Source: the human T2T-CHM13v2.0 reference genome, Homo sapiens
Assembly: GCF_009914755.1 (NCBI RefSeq)
Contig: NC_060929.1
Length of the DNA stretch: 64,000 nt
Strand: one strand, 5' to 3'
This document shows, piece by piece, positions 33,027 through 48,164 of the stretch (positions are counted from its first letter, which is position 1; each line of letters starts with the position of its first letter). The notes beneath the pieces were generated by a model. It was not told the origin of the DNA, did no database searches, and saw nothing but the letters and a program-made list of their open reading frames with translations. The position numbers were made by a program, and so were the translations under genes.

Positions 33027-34119
33027 TAGTCATGTGTTAATTCGACCCATATTTATTGAGTTCCGAGGATATGCCAAGCACCATTTCAGTAGATAAGGAC
33101 ACGATGGCCAAGAAGACAGACAAGATTCCTCTTCCACGGGGTTTACATTTTGGTGAGGTATTGAGATAATAAATACAAGTGAAACAAAGAAATATCAAGC
33201 AAGATAGGTGCTAATAAGAAAATAAAAGTAAATGATATATATTGGGGAGGAGGGACAACTGTGGTGAGCATTTAGGGAAGGCTCCTCTGCAGGGCAGCAT
33301 TTAAGCAGAGACTAATGACAAGAAGGAACCACATGAAAATCAGAAGAAGAGGATTTCAGGCAGAGAGAAGAGCAGGGTGTGTTTGACAGACAGAGAGAAG
33401 GCCAGTGTAGCTGGAGTGTAGTGGAAAAGAAAATATTCAAGATGTTGGGAGAGAGGTGGTCAGGGGCTAGTTCATTTTCCAGACGGAGCACTTGTAAATG
33501 GCACAGAATGACCCTGAATAATCAGAAAACAGGGTTTGAGGAGATCAGAAAGTCACATGCTATGTTCCAGGGCTTTGCCTTTTGAAGGAATCACGATTCC
33601 CTCCTTATGAAAGATCTTCGTAACAGAAGTGTCCTACCGTTATCAGAGTTGTGAGCTGTAGATTAATCTTAACCTACCTTGTATCTTCCTACTTGTGGAA
33701 AGCTATCTAGGAATTAATTAAAATCCAGAATCCTGTGTTCTCTTCACCAATAGTCGTGTGTATTTTAAAAACTGTAAAGATAAGTTACCAAAGTAGGAAA
33801 CTAGCAACCTCAGAAATTTTCACTATAATTGGTAGCCAATGTGTATCAGACGTTCCTTTTGTGTAGAGAGAATTGTGTTAAATCTTTTGTTGGGTAACCT
33901 CTCAATAACCCCTCAAGTAGGCACCCTCATAACCCCATTGTGCATATGGGGCAGGAGGGAGAGGGTAAGAAAGTTGCCCAAGATCATGCCACTAACAGGT
34001 CACACCTGCTCAGAATACAGCCCTGGGGGTCTGCTCCATCAGTGAGTGGTGTTAACTTAACCAAGGTAGTAAGAAGTTCCCAGAGTAACTAGTGTATTTA
34101 ATATACAACACTGGCTAAT

Positions 34120-34222
34120 CAAATATATGTATATTTGTGTGTGTGTGTATATATATATACACACATACATATATACAGATATATATATGTATATATGCAC
34201 ATATATATACATATACATATAT
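34120..34222. repeat. (TA)/(TG)/(CA) compound low-complexity repeat
   Basis: Read directly. Confidence 0.85.
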
Positions 34223-34289
34223 CTGTAGCTAATACCAAAATGACAGCCAATATTAAAAAGTAGACTAAATATTGTAATTCACTTCCATA

Positions 34290-35620
34290 CACTCCAGCTC
34301 CTGCCATTATCAACTCATGATGAGGCCTGTTTTTCCATACCCCCGTCTACTCCCCTTTCTCCTGTATTTTTCTGAAGCAAGCCCTAGACGTCACATCATT
34401 TCACCTGTAATATTTAAGAATGTATCTCTAAAAACATAAAAACAATATCATCACAACAAAAAAACACAATAATTCCCTAATGTCATCACATAGCCCATCA
34501 TTGTTCAGTATTTCAATTGCCTGACAAATACCATAAACTATCAATACTTTGTCTCAGGATCCCATTAAGATCCACCTTTTGCAATTGGTTGATTTCTTTT
34601 AAACTGTTTTTAAAGTTCTTTCATCTTTCCTTATCTTTCTCTCTCTCTCTAACCTTTATAATTTATTTGTTGAAGAAATTGGGTTGTACAATTTCCCATA
34701 TAGCGTGGTTGGTTGGTTGGTTGATTAATTGGTTGGTTCTCGAATTGCATAATTACGGCTATTTGGCCTGTTCCTCTGTTCCCTATATCTCCTGACCATT
34801 GATAGTTGGGTTTTGAAGCTTTCTCAGGTTCAGGTTTGATTTTTTGATTTTTTGTTTTGGCAGAACAACTTGATAGGTGTGGCTGTGTCCTTCCATCAAG
34901 AGGCACCTAAAGTCAAGTTGTGTATTTTTTAGAGATTTCAGTAGCCATTGATGCTCATTGCCTAGTCTGTCTGGCCATTAGGGATTGCAAAATGATAGTT
35001 TAATTCTGTACTTCCTTCCTCATCTATTAGCTGAAATACTTCTATATAGAGATGCTTTCTCCTTAACTACTTGGTTATTTAAAGTACAGTTCAAATAGGA
35101 AAGAATAGATAAATGCTTGATTATTTCCCTTTATTTACTAGTTTTCAATATAATGAGTTGATTCATTGTCCAGGGGTGGCAAATTAATGTTTCTTAAATA
35201 CCATTATGAACTCATGGACTGAAATGCATCCAGTATGTTTCAATCCATTGAAGTTATTATTCTCACTAATGGCCAAATGGCCCCATCTTTGGTCAGTGGG
35301 CACCTTTTCAAGCTCATTCCCAAATCCTTTTGACATGACCCTAATAGATTTTGATTCCTTCCTTGCTATCTAGTATGATAAAGTAGGCTGGTGTCATTGT
35401 GTTCATTTCTTGCTCCAGCCATTTCTTCCAGAAGCCCTGATTCCTTTTAATGAGAAATAATATATCAAGGCCACAAGCCAGGCACTAGCAATTCTCTTTG
35501 CTGCTGGGGCTGGTCATTTGGCCTTTGTTTCTTGGCATTTTCAGAGGACAAGCTAGGAAATACATAGAGTTTTTTAAAGATAAAAATGCATCCTCCATTC
35601 ATATTGACACTTCTATATCT
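34290..35620 (-). mobile_element. Old L1 3' region (L1MC5-like)
   Basis: catcatttcacctgtaatatt...aattccctaatgtcatc...atttgttgaagaaattggg resemble recalled L1MC 3' consensus; boundaries approximate. Confidence 0.6.
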
Positions 35621-36382
35621 CAGGAATTTTTTAAAGCTGCAGAGAATCCCCAAAGGTGACACACATAGTTAAGAGTTTAATGCAGTAGGAACAGCAATAA
35701 TAGCAATGCCTCATATTTCTAGAGCAGCATTCCAATTAAAAATGTATGGCATCTCAGCACTTCATCTCATCTCTCCTTACCACATCTGTCTGAGAAATTG
35801 AGGCTTCACTTAACCCATTTTACACGTGGGGAAAATGGAGCCCCAAGGAAGCGTGAGCTTGGAGCCAAGCTAGGACTAATGTCCTTCATTTCCACCTCTC
35901 TCTCCCATTTGTCCATGTGGCAAATGCAGGATTTTTAAAAACAGCTTTTGGATTCTGTTCCCCATTGAATCCCCATGTAACTGGCAGGCTGTACTCCTGC
36001 TGGTGCCTGCCTCTCCTGGCACTTTCTGGAATCCTGAGTGAACACACCAAGTGTCTTAATTTACACAAGCTATTGCTCCCAGAATCTCCATGTCAATGAG
36101 CCAGTACGATCCCAAAGGGCTTTCTCCTAGTAAGTGGAAATAAATAACACAAAATATAATAAATGCATGCTGTGAACAGCAGGCTGAGAGAAGCAGTCTC
36201 CTGTCCATCTCTAAAGGGGAATTGTGTCAGGTTTTCAAATGATTCCTTTCCTCCCTCCATGTCACCAGGGTCATTTTTGAAAGCCAGTCGTTCATTGGAA
36301 AGGTCTTTCCATTCCCACAGAGTACTACTGTGTAAAGTTTCAAGGTTGAGTTCAGCTCAAAAATCTGAATTTAATATTGTAG

Positions 36383-36694
<312 letters not shown>

Positions 36695-36839
36695 TGAACA
36701 CATCTTCTTTCCCAAATACAGCCTTGCCACTTCTCTGGAACCTTGTCTCTAGCCTCAGCATTTAAGTGATCACACCTCCCCTTCCCTGGGTCATTTTTTC
36801 ATCAAGTGCCCAAAATATGCATGGATTTTCCTACCTTCT

Positions 36840-37012
36840 TCTTTTATTATTTTTTTATTTAAATATTTAAAATATTTATTATTTTTTTAATAGAGACAGG
36901 GTCTTGCTCTGTCATCCAGAGTGTATGTGCCATCATAGCTCACTGCAACCTCGACTTCCCGGGCTCAAATGATCCTCCTGCCCCAGCCTACCAGGAAGCT
37001 GGGATTACAAGC
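36840..37012 (-). mobile_element. Alu right-arm/FRAM fragment, antisense
   Basis: gagacagggtcttgctctgtc...gctgggattacaagc with T-rich tail. Confidence 0.85.
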
Positions 37013-37101
37013 TTCTTTGGTTATCCTCCCAAGTGTCATTTTACCCAATGCCACAGCATTTGGGGTCCACCTCTCCCACTGCAGCTCTCTCCACATTGTG
37101 A

Positions 37102-37479
<378 letters not shown>

Positions 37480-38119
37480 TAAATGGCCTCACAGGCAACC
37501 TTCTTTTGCTCTCTTGCCCCCCATAACTCCTGAGTTTGATCGGGTAACTGGGGCTGCATTTGGGATTCTCCAGAGAAGATATAGTCCTTGTGATCCAAAA
37601 CCTAGGCCCAGAATCAAATAAGGAGGTGGGAAAAATGCTTTGTGTATCTGTGAAAAACCATACACAGATTTGATACAATAGTCAACAACTGACTTACAGA
37701 CAAGGCTTTTAGTCTCCAGACTGGAGAACAACCAAGGCATCTTTTATTTTTAAGAAGCTCTGTAGACACACATCAAAGTTTGAGAACCACTAATGTTCAT
37801 TTGCTAATTCAAAATGTTGTATTGAGCACCTCTATCTGGCTAGCTCTCTATAAAGTCTCTGGATCTTTGCACATTCACTAGGATAGCACTTCCTTTACTG
37901 CGTAGGCTTTGCTGTGTAATTTCTGGCCAGCCTAGGTAGATTCCTCCTGCCCATTGCTGGCTACTAAGTCTGAAAGCCAGACCCCTCTGTGCTGGGAAAA
38001 AACTGACCCCTAAAAGCTCTTAGACATGCTCTTGCCAGGAAAGTTGATTTCAGACCCTCAACTCAGAGGAGATCTGTAATCAAAGAGAGAAATAAGATCT
38101 ATAAGAAAGGGGCAAAATT

Positions 38120-38990
38120 TCATTCAACAAATATTTGGTGAATGTATACCATGTCCCAGGAGCTTTCTGGCTAGAAAAAAAAAAAAAGTGGGGTCAAACA
38201 AAGCACCTGTTGTTGTGTTTGTGTTTGTGTTCTGGTAAGGAGCCACAGACAAAATCATGTGGGCAAATAAAAAATAATAATTTCCTGTATCCTTAATTGC
38301 TTTAGGGGAAATATAACAGAGTAAGAAACAGGAACTGGGCGACAGGGAGGGTACATGGATGAGGAGGCTACGTAAGGTGAATTAGTTGGAGAAACCTCTT
38401 GTACTAGGTCACGTTTGGCTAGGATCTGAGTGATAGACGTCAGCCATGGGGAGATCTGGGGAAAAGCACTCAGGCAAAGAGAAGTTGTTCAAAAGCCCTA
38501 TACCAGCCAATAACCTGGCTGATTTAAGGACTGATAGAAGCCCAATGTGGCAGGAGGGTGGTGAGCTCAGGGAAGGGTACCTCAATGCATCAGAGTCTCA
38601 CTAACCACTTAGACAAGAGTACATTGTATTGCAATGAACAAGCAATGGAGGTTGAAGTAGGGAGTGGGGTGGAATTGATATGATCTGATTTGCATTTTTT
38701 TAAAGATGACTCTGGCTATTGTGTATGGAGTAGATTGTAGGACTGCAGGAGTGGAGGCAGGAAAACCCATAGGGAAGCTGCAGCGATTGTCCAGGATTGG
38801 GGCAATGGTGATTTGAACCAGAATGGTAGCAGAAGAAAGAGGAGTGCTCCAATTAGAATATATTTTCGAGGTAAATCTGATAGGATTTGCTGATGGATCA
38901 GGTATAAGGAACGAACAAAGACAGAAACGAATCAAGGGCCCTGCCTAGGATTTTGGCCTGACAACTGAGTGGATGATGGCATCTTCTGAA
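38120..38990 (-). mobile_element. L2 LINE fragment
   Basis: cattcaacaaatatttgg start; ttaaagatgactctggct and ggatttgctgatggat L2-like motifs. Confidence 0.7.
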
Positions 38991-41612
38991 GCAGCCTCAG
39001 CCTCTCTCCTAGAAGGAACTGCAGGTTGCACTTGCATTTGAGAGTCTCTGAGGCCCTGTCTGGGAGAAATATCAGTGGCCTGCCCCCAGCAACTGCTGCT
39101 GAGCATTCTTGGGAGCCAAGAGTGTGCCAGGGACTGAGAGGAGTAAAAAGAGGAAAAAACAAGAGCTTCACCCTGAGGAGGCTGCAGCCTCAGTGATCCA
39201 GTGGGCATTTATTGAGCATGGAGGCGAGCCAGGCATGTACTGGGCTCTGCGGTACAGAAGGGGATGAAACACAGGCTCAGAAAACACCCATGTGAGCATG
39301 AGAGGTGGCACCTGGGGAAGTCAGTGCAGTTCAAGCTGAGCTGAAGGGCCAAAGGCCAACCATTATGGAGATCCAGAGACAGGCCTGGGGTGGAGGAGGG
39401 GGCATGGTAACCAGAGGGTGAACAATGAGAGCAAGAAGGACACACGTGGGAAGAGGCCAGGTAGCCCTCACGCTGCCAAACTGGCGATCAGACAAATCGC
39501 TTTTCCTAGACTTGCCCATCCATATAGATTCCCTTCCCAAGATGTTGTTTTTGTTTGCTTTTTTTAATCCTAGGAAAGCCTCCTTTTCTCAGGCACCCTG
39601 TGGGCAACAGAGAACCATGGGAGAAGACAGGGTAGGGTGGAGGTAGCACTGTGCTTTGCCATTGCCTATAGGAAAAAAGGGTGGAAATATTTCATCTGGC
39701 CCTTGTAATCTTCCACATCAGGCCCTTCCTCCTTTGTCACTGTTCTTCCTGCTCAGAGGCTAATCAGCCCTCACCTGGTACAGTCTCACCTCCAAACCTT
39801 CACTCTTGCTGCTTGCTCTGCTTAAAATACCTTCTCTACCTAATCTACCACATCACATCCACCTGCAAGGCCCAGTGTCAGGGCCCCCTCTTCCACGTAG
39901 CCTGATCTCCCCAGCAGAAACCATTGTCACCCACCTCTGAGTCACTACACCCTCTGATCCTCCATTAGAGTTGATGCCACTGAATGCCTTGTTGTCATTA
40001 TCTCCATGTAAGTCTTTAGGGCCTAAGCATGTGAACTTCTGCAGCAGACCCCTTGGTCATCTTTGTCCTTTTAAGTACTAGAGGAGGTCCTGGCCCACAC
40101 TAGGTGCTCAAGATAGGTTGCTTAAATTAAAGAAAACACAGACCCGTCTCCTCCCTCTTGTTGGAGTTGGTCCCTGGTTCCACGTCTCTCGAGTTGTGGA
40201 GGCCACAACGTCAATGGTGCAAGCTAAGGGCCCAATCAGAACAAGTCACGCCATGCCCACGTGGTGACATTAGGACAGCTTGAGGCGGAATGTGGCTCCC
40301 AGTTTCCCTCGACAGCCGTGTGATTCTTTTTTCTAACTGCCTTTAGACTTGTTCTTACTTTCATCAGCCAGGTACCCAGAGCCGATTAGAAGTTAAGCTT
40401 TTATAAGAACACTGGTTTTATTCTTCTTTTCTTCCCACTACATACCTGAAAACAAAGGGCTGTCAATCCCCTCTCTTCAAAACAGCAACCAGCAGAGGGA
40501 GGGAGGGGGAGGAAGAGACCTGTCTTGCTTATGTCTTTTCTCCATTGTAAGTTGGCAGCTGAATGATTCCATTTCGGGAGTCAGTGCCCATCCCTATCTC
40601 GCTTACCCACCCCGGAGCTGAGCCTCTGAATTGGGATCCTATTGAAATGTTTCCATGGTTCTCTCACTATCCTTCCCCCTTCCTCCTTCCTTTGTCTCTC
40701 CAAAACATGCAGGGACAAGTTCTATACACTTAAATAACTTCTGATGCTACAAAGAGCCTTCTCTTAGGTAAAATGGTTATCACCTGCGTGCTCTGATTAG
40801 GCAGACATTTAGGACATTTCCATACTCCTGTCCCATAGAAGCCTGATATCCCATCTTTACTAGTCCAGTTCCCACTGCCCATTCCAAGTGGTCTTTGGAA
40901 AACCTAAAGCCCTGGAGCAGAGTAAATTTGTCAGTCACTAACATTATAGGGGGAATTTCTCTCATAGCAAAATCTTTTCTCCCTCCCCAGTTTTAGAACA
41001 TCTTAGGAATTAGACCTCAATATGAGGCAGTAAATTATACGGGATGGGACGGTATCTCTCTCCCTTTTCTTAGCTTAGCTCCTTTTAATAAACATAAGAA
41101 TCTCACACCTTACATAATTTTTGAAATTTCCATTTTTTTATTTTTTAAACATAAAATAATATTATGATATTAAACATGCTTTTTTCCAACTAAACCGCTT
41201 CTCCATGCTGACATTCTGATGGTGCTTTCAGCATGGAGTCAAGGGCACCAATCATTAGAGGAGACCTTCAGAGAAGGGACATGTCCAACCCAGATATGTT
41301 AGTACCGGGCGGGGGGAAAGTGGGAGCCTGGGAAGGCGGGCAAAGCCAGCAGACATTGGAAGGAAGCGTCAGCAAGGACAAGCTCTGCCTGAGAGTTTCA
41401 GCCAGGACAGACCCTGCTTGATGACCAGGTAGACTGTTAGGGAAGACTATGTGGTTCCACTTAAAGAACGGAAATGCTTTTCCTATGTGGTCAGGCTTTG
41501 AAAATGGGGGTCAGGAAAGAAAAGTCATGAAGCACTCAATCCCGAATAAAAGTAAAAACAATGTCCCCATAAAATTTTGGAGACTGATTGGCACTATTTT
41601 CAAAGTCTTTTT

Positions 41613-42500
41613 ACCAAGGGTAGAACCCAGATTTTATGAAGCCTAAGACTAATACAATTTCAGAGGCTCTATCTAAGAAGAAAAAACTAAAATTATAAAT
41701 ATGAAATGAGAAATGAAATGGAATATTTAGGATGAGAAAGGAAACCCAAAAAATTGCAAAGTTTAGAAAAGCCAATTCTATCACAAACATCACAAAATCC
41801 ACACAAATAACCTAATATTTTTATTAATTAACTCCTGTAACACTTCCATGATACATGTTTTTCTATACTTTTTGGCTGCATATCTTTGATCATCTTTTAA
41901 TATCACAGTTATTTTGTAATTTCATTATCTATAGAAAGAACAGAGGGATTTTCAGTCTTTAGTAGGGCTGATCAAAATTAGTTTCATATTATTGATAAAT
42001 TAGAAAAGTTTCTTTTGTGTTCATAATTGATTATTGGTGATGTGTAAATCATTAGAGTTATAAAATTGGGGAAAATCTTTATCAAGTTTCCTTTTTAATA
42101 TCTCTGGGCATTTCAGATTTTCCTGTGGAGTGAATAATCTAAATAGTCTTTGAAATGATGCTCATTAACCAGTTTGTCATTGATGTCCTTGTATTAGTGA
42201 AATATGAATTCTACATGGGGACTTTTACTCTCTGCAGTGATGCTAGACAAATCAACATTGTAGGGCAGGAGCATTCCTCAAAGACATTCCTATTCAAGAA
42301 TGGCTAGCAACCATTTAACTGGGTGCTAAAGGGACTGCAAGCCACATGAGCTCATCCTCCTGAAACTAAACCAAATGCACCCCAAGTCAACTTCTCTTTA
42401 GTTAGAACAACAACAACAAAACAACCCTGTGGCTACTCCAAGTGCACCTTCCTCAAGGGGAAAATGTGGCACAGAGAGAGTTGGAATGAAAAAAGACAAC
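41613..42500. mobile_element. Zaphod/MER91-type hAT-Tip100 DNA transposon relic
   Basis: cagattttatgaagcctaagactaatacaattt...cacaaacatcacaaaatcca...tttttggctgcata match the recalled Zaphod consensus; right boundary uncertain. Confidence 0.55.
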
Positions 42501-44590
42501 AGTCTCCACTGATTACAGATTTGTAATTCTGAGCAGAACATGAGGGATTGGAGTTAGTCCAAGGCAAAGTCTGCCCAGCACTAAGGGAAGCAGCCTCATT
42601 CCTTGCTTCCTTCACTCAAGAAACTGTTTTTCCAGCCCTAACTCTCTCCTGGGCCTTCTACTAAGTATCTGCAATTCAGAGATGACTGAGTCATGTCCTA
42701 TTCACAAAGAACTGAGGGGGACAGGCACACAAACATAAATCACCAGACAGCATGATGGCAGCTCTGAGAGACGGGCTGAGAATGCCACAAGAGACCCTGA
42801 AGGCTTCCCAGAGACATCATTGAGACCCTGCAGTGTGAAGAAGAGCTAATCCATCTCAATTCTCCCATCTGAAACACCACTTTTTCCTCAAAGGGCTCAC
42901 CTAAAGAGTCTGTGGTATTAAAACCATGCACACAAAGCCTAGGCCTATCCCTTGTAAGTAGGACATCTGTACCCAGCTGCATAGACTGACTCGGTGATGC
43001 TGTTATTCTGGTTTGTTGCCTGCTAAGCACCCAGCCTGCTGTGATCCTGGACTGGAATAGCAGTGACCTCAGCCTTTCTCCAAAGCTCATATTCGTATGA
43101 TCATTCAGGCTCTACACTCTCCAACAACTTGATCCTTCACCCCGCCCTTCTCCTTCCCCCAACATAGATCTTATATTAATCAACTGAAAGCAGATGTTCT
43201 TAGGAAAGAAGTAGGTCAGGCCTGCAGACCCAAATCCCATCCAGTATTTTTACAAAATCTTGACTTTAAAAAGTGAAATTGATATTGCAATAATTAAGAG
43301 CCAAATATGACTACCACTGGTGGCAGATAACATTTCACTTTCATTAAGCAATATAAAATAGACGCGAGAATTCCCGGCTGCCACCCTGACACACCAGGCT
43401 TTGCAGAATGAATCTTAAATTGCACTATGTCAGTCAGAGCTCAGAAGTTATCAGCATCATTTAATTAACTTTTTTTTTTTTTTTGCAAAAACTAACACAT
43501 TGGAATAAAATATAAAAACGTAATCCCTGTGCAAACCCACCACTAATGATGGCCCCCGGCAGAGGACTGAGCTACACCTGAGCAGAAATCAGGGCATTAA
43601 ACTCTCTTTGTCCCTTCCCTGAAGCCTTTCTCCTCAACTGAAAGGGAAAGAGGGGTCAGGGGTTTCTTCCACTTTGGCCTAGAAGCCTCGAGAATGGGAG
43701 TGGTTCTCCTTAATTGAGACCTTGGCATCTTCTCGTCTCTGGCACGTCAATTTTCAGCCACAATTTCCTATTGAAATTGAATGTATTTCTTCCCTTAAAA
43801 CAACAACAAAATTTTTACTAGTTCTCTGATAAGAAATGATAACTGGAGTCTTTGACTCCAATTCCAAGAGGATATTATTACCTATAAATTTCATTTATGG
43901 ACGTTATTGCAATATTGGACGTTACCTTTTAGAAAGAATGCATATTTGGGGTCCCACCCCAAGTTAAAAGGAGACAATGAAGGTGACATGGAGCAGGGAA
44001 AGGAAGTGGTTCAGAGTCTCAGGGTTCAACAGCCTTTGCCCAACTGCAGTAGGCTGTGAGCAGGGTCTCTCTCTTGGGTGGTACTCATTCTACCCTGAAA
44101 TGCACCAATGGCAAATAGGTGGTACATGTGTCACCATCCTCCCTCCCACACTCAGAGGGGACATTGCAAGTGAGTCACAGTACTCTTTATACCTGATATT
44201 AAATTTGGTTTCAAAATCCTTCTACCACCACACTCCCAGTGGCCATTACTGGCCAACACATGTTGGCACCCAAGATATAACCTGTTTGCCATCCCTTCCT
44301 TAGTCAGGAGGCATATTTCACCTGTTGCCACCTCTGTCTTGTGACAGCCACATTGCTGATGAGAGAATTCAAGCTTTCTTGTCCAGATTGTCCAATGTCT
44401 GGGAGGAGTCCAAAATCAGGGGCACTTCTCAAGCTATTGAGCCAGGAGTTGTCAGTTACAGGGGAAAAAAGAAAAAGACTGCCTTTTTTGGGCCCCTTTA
44501 TACAAGAAACAAAAATGTTATGTTTGCTTTATCATCAATTCTTCTGCTAACTGTTTGTTCTTTTTTCCTTTCTGTTTTCTTTCTATAAAG

Positions 44591-44611
44591 AAATAAAGAG
44601 TTTAAACATAG
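44591..44611 (+). CDS. TENM2: TENM2 21-nt alternatively spliced microexon encoding (R)NKEFKHS in the NHL beta-propeller
   Basis: ctaac branch point at 44547-44551, long polypyrimidine tract, then ataaag|AAATAAAGAGTTTAAACATAG|gtaaga. Joined CG|A AAT AAA GAG TTT AAA CAT AG|C reads R-N-K-E-F-K-H-S; symmetric phase 2-2. Absent from the ORF track. Confidence 0.95.
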
Positions 44612-46368
44612 GTAAGATGAAGAACTCTTTCCCATATAATTTGATATGGTTCGTTTGCTTCCTTGTGTTTGCTTTTTTTGTTTTGTGCTTCTTGTGTAAT
44701 GTTGTATATTTTTATGTACCAAATATAGTAACTTTTTTATGTGCTAATTGTGTGTTGTGGATATGATAAGCTTTAGCAATTATGAAATGCAGTCAAAAAG
44801 CAACCAAATAAGCTGACAGTAATTAGAATTTCCGGGAGATTCAAGTGCAAGATAATGAACCCTCAGCGAACTTCTATCCCGACTGCTCAGTGCGGTCCAT
44901 AATTGGGCTAAACAGTTGAGGCAAACTCCTGGCTTTTGTAAATGCTGGACTGGGTTCACAAAAGCTTTAATGAACTGGAAACGGGTTAAAAACTCATTTT
45001 CAACTCATTAATGATTTTTTCCCCTGGATATATGGTCATCTTTAAAAAAAAAAAAAAGTTAATTGCCAATCTGCTGATCAGAATGAATCCAACAGTCAGA
45101 TGCATTGAGAATTTTCATGGAGTAAAATCACTTTTGAATAGTTTGAAGGATGGAGACCAAGTATTCTTTGTCAAAACCGCCTTGGTCATTACATTGATCC
45201 AAGGTTATCATTTAAAACCACACTAGTACAATTCACAGATAAAGTGTAAAACACACATACACGTGCATTCACACATGAACCACACTGAAATGAAGATAGT
45301 GTGAGCTTTCTTAAGGAAAAATGACCTTATTTTTATTCAGAAGAAGAGAAAAAACAAAGCAATCTGTACCACTACTCAACGGAATGCTTCTGCTCACTTT
45401 TTGAAATGAAACATGGACAGCTCTCCTTCATGATATTAGGTCAAAATTAGACAAAAAGTAGAGTCAAATTGCACAAGATCATAACAGTCAGTGGAAAGGC
45501 CATGCATTGACAAAGTCCTCTGTCTTCTTCTCAGGCACCCCAAAATTGGCCTGTTATAGGCACCCCATTTGAGCCAAATTTTAAAAATGAGTAGAAATGC
45601 CCTGGAAGGACATTTTTCCAGGAAATTCACCAACCTCATGTGATCTTTGCCACAGCCACAGGTATGGAGGCATGGCTGTCCCTCTGACGTGAGTTTCTCT
45701 GCAAGCATCTTGGTGAAAACAGGTATGAGACCATGGAGAAGAATGGTCTCCCTAAGCAAGAACTGACCTCACACCCACCACTGCCTGCTCTTCTGCCAGA
45801 GCTTTTGAAAAGCCTCCTCAAATCAGGCTCCCTAGAAAGTCCAAAATTAATTATCTCTCTCATAGGTAGGCACAGATGTGCAATGCCTTGATCCTTCTGT
45901 TGATAATGCCAGCTACTGTTCATTCAGTAACAGAGTGCAGCATCTAATTAAAAAATGGCATGAATTTTTCCCTTTCTGCCCTAATTTGTTTTGCATATAT
46001 GGATAGTCTCTAATGACTTAATAGCCAAAAAAGAAGAAGAAAAGAGGAAAGGAAAGGAATGAAACCAGGTAGTCTACGCTTTAGTTATCTGGGCTGGAAT
46101 TTCAGAAAAACTTTGACTTCTAGTTCAGGGATGTGTCTTAATAGCAACCTGAAGAGAAACGGGAATGAAAGACCATCTCAACTCCACCCAGATTGTTCCT
46201 AAAAATAGCTTCCTAGTTCTTTTCTTTTTTTTCCTTAAATCAGAGAAGACCCCAAATGGTGGTGTTTTAATTAGTAATTTACTAGCTAATGTCAACAGGA
46301 CAAATGCATCCAATGCTGTCATCTCTCTCACCTTCCCTCCACCTCTCCCAGCCCCTGTCTTCCCATCA

Positions 46369-46697
<329 letters not shown>

Positions 46698-47894
46698 GCA
46701 GGGGAAAATAAAGGGGGCCTGTGCTCATTTCAAAACCTAGTCTACCACACTGAGGCAGAAAGGCAATTACTGTTTGCATCCTAGAGGTGCTGATTGTAAT
46801 AACCAGTATAGGAATAACATGAGCACCTATTCTGGTCCCAACCTCAAACCAGTGACAGGCACTACAAAGGGAAGAACTGCAGGGTTTTGAGCCAGAAGGA
46901 ACATTAGCAATATCCAGTATGATTGATTTAATCCCTCCAGCCCCTGCAAAAAAGCTAAGACCTGACACAGTCAAATGACTTAACCAAGGTCACCACCAGC
47001 TGGGTCAGAATTGAGTTTAGAGTTTCCTGTGTTTTAGTCCTGAGCCACTTCTACAAGTCTTACTCTGTCCTAGTTAGCCTCACACAGGGCAGCCAGACAC
47101 ATGGCAGGGGAAGCAGCCCAGGTCTCAGAGGCTCACGCCTTCCTAATACACTTCACACACACACAAAGGTATTAATCCCCTAGTGTGGCTGGGAGCCCTG
47201 GCAGACCGTGGCTCACGCCTGTGACCTCACTGTTACCTAGATTTGAAAAGTGCATCTCCTGTCTCAGTAATTCAGATTCCAGACACAGTACCAGCAAGAT
47301 ACCCACATTTCTTTACACTAAATGCCAACTTTATCCATGTCCACACTGAAGAGCAGTAAAGAAGCAAGCTCTGAGCCTGGAGATTGGGGGCGGTTATGGG
47401 GTGCTTCCCATGATAAAATTAGGAAAACTCCAGGTCACCCTGGTATTAATGGCCTAGTACCCTGGAAGCATAGGTTAAAATGAGAACATTGTCACATGGA
47501 AGTGTTCCTCTATCCCACTTGAGAATACACTAAGCCCTCAAGGGGAAATTAAGGAGACTGCACACACATGGACTGTAGATGGTCTTGAATAACTATCCTG
47601 CTTACAAAAACAGGATCGGAGTGGGAGCTCTCGTACTGGCTAAATGAAGCAACAGTTGTTTAGCATGGTGGGAAATGAATTTTCTAATAGCATAAGAAGC
47701 ATAAGTCCAATTAGAAGTAGCTAAGAACCATGATGTGTTAGAACACTGAGTTTGATGTTAGATTCTTTCCAGTTCACTAAAGTGGAAAGACACTAGAGAA
47801 GGTAAGCGTCTTGCTAGGATTTTTGTCATTCCTTTGATCTAGGAGGCCAGCTCCATAGCCCCCTCCTCATTTCTCTTTGTGCTTCTTCTACTAA

Positions 47895-48164
<270 letters not shown>

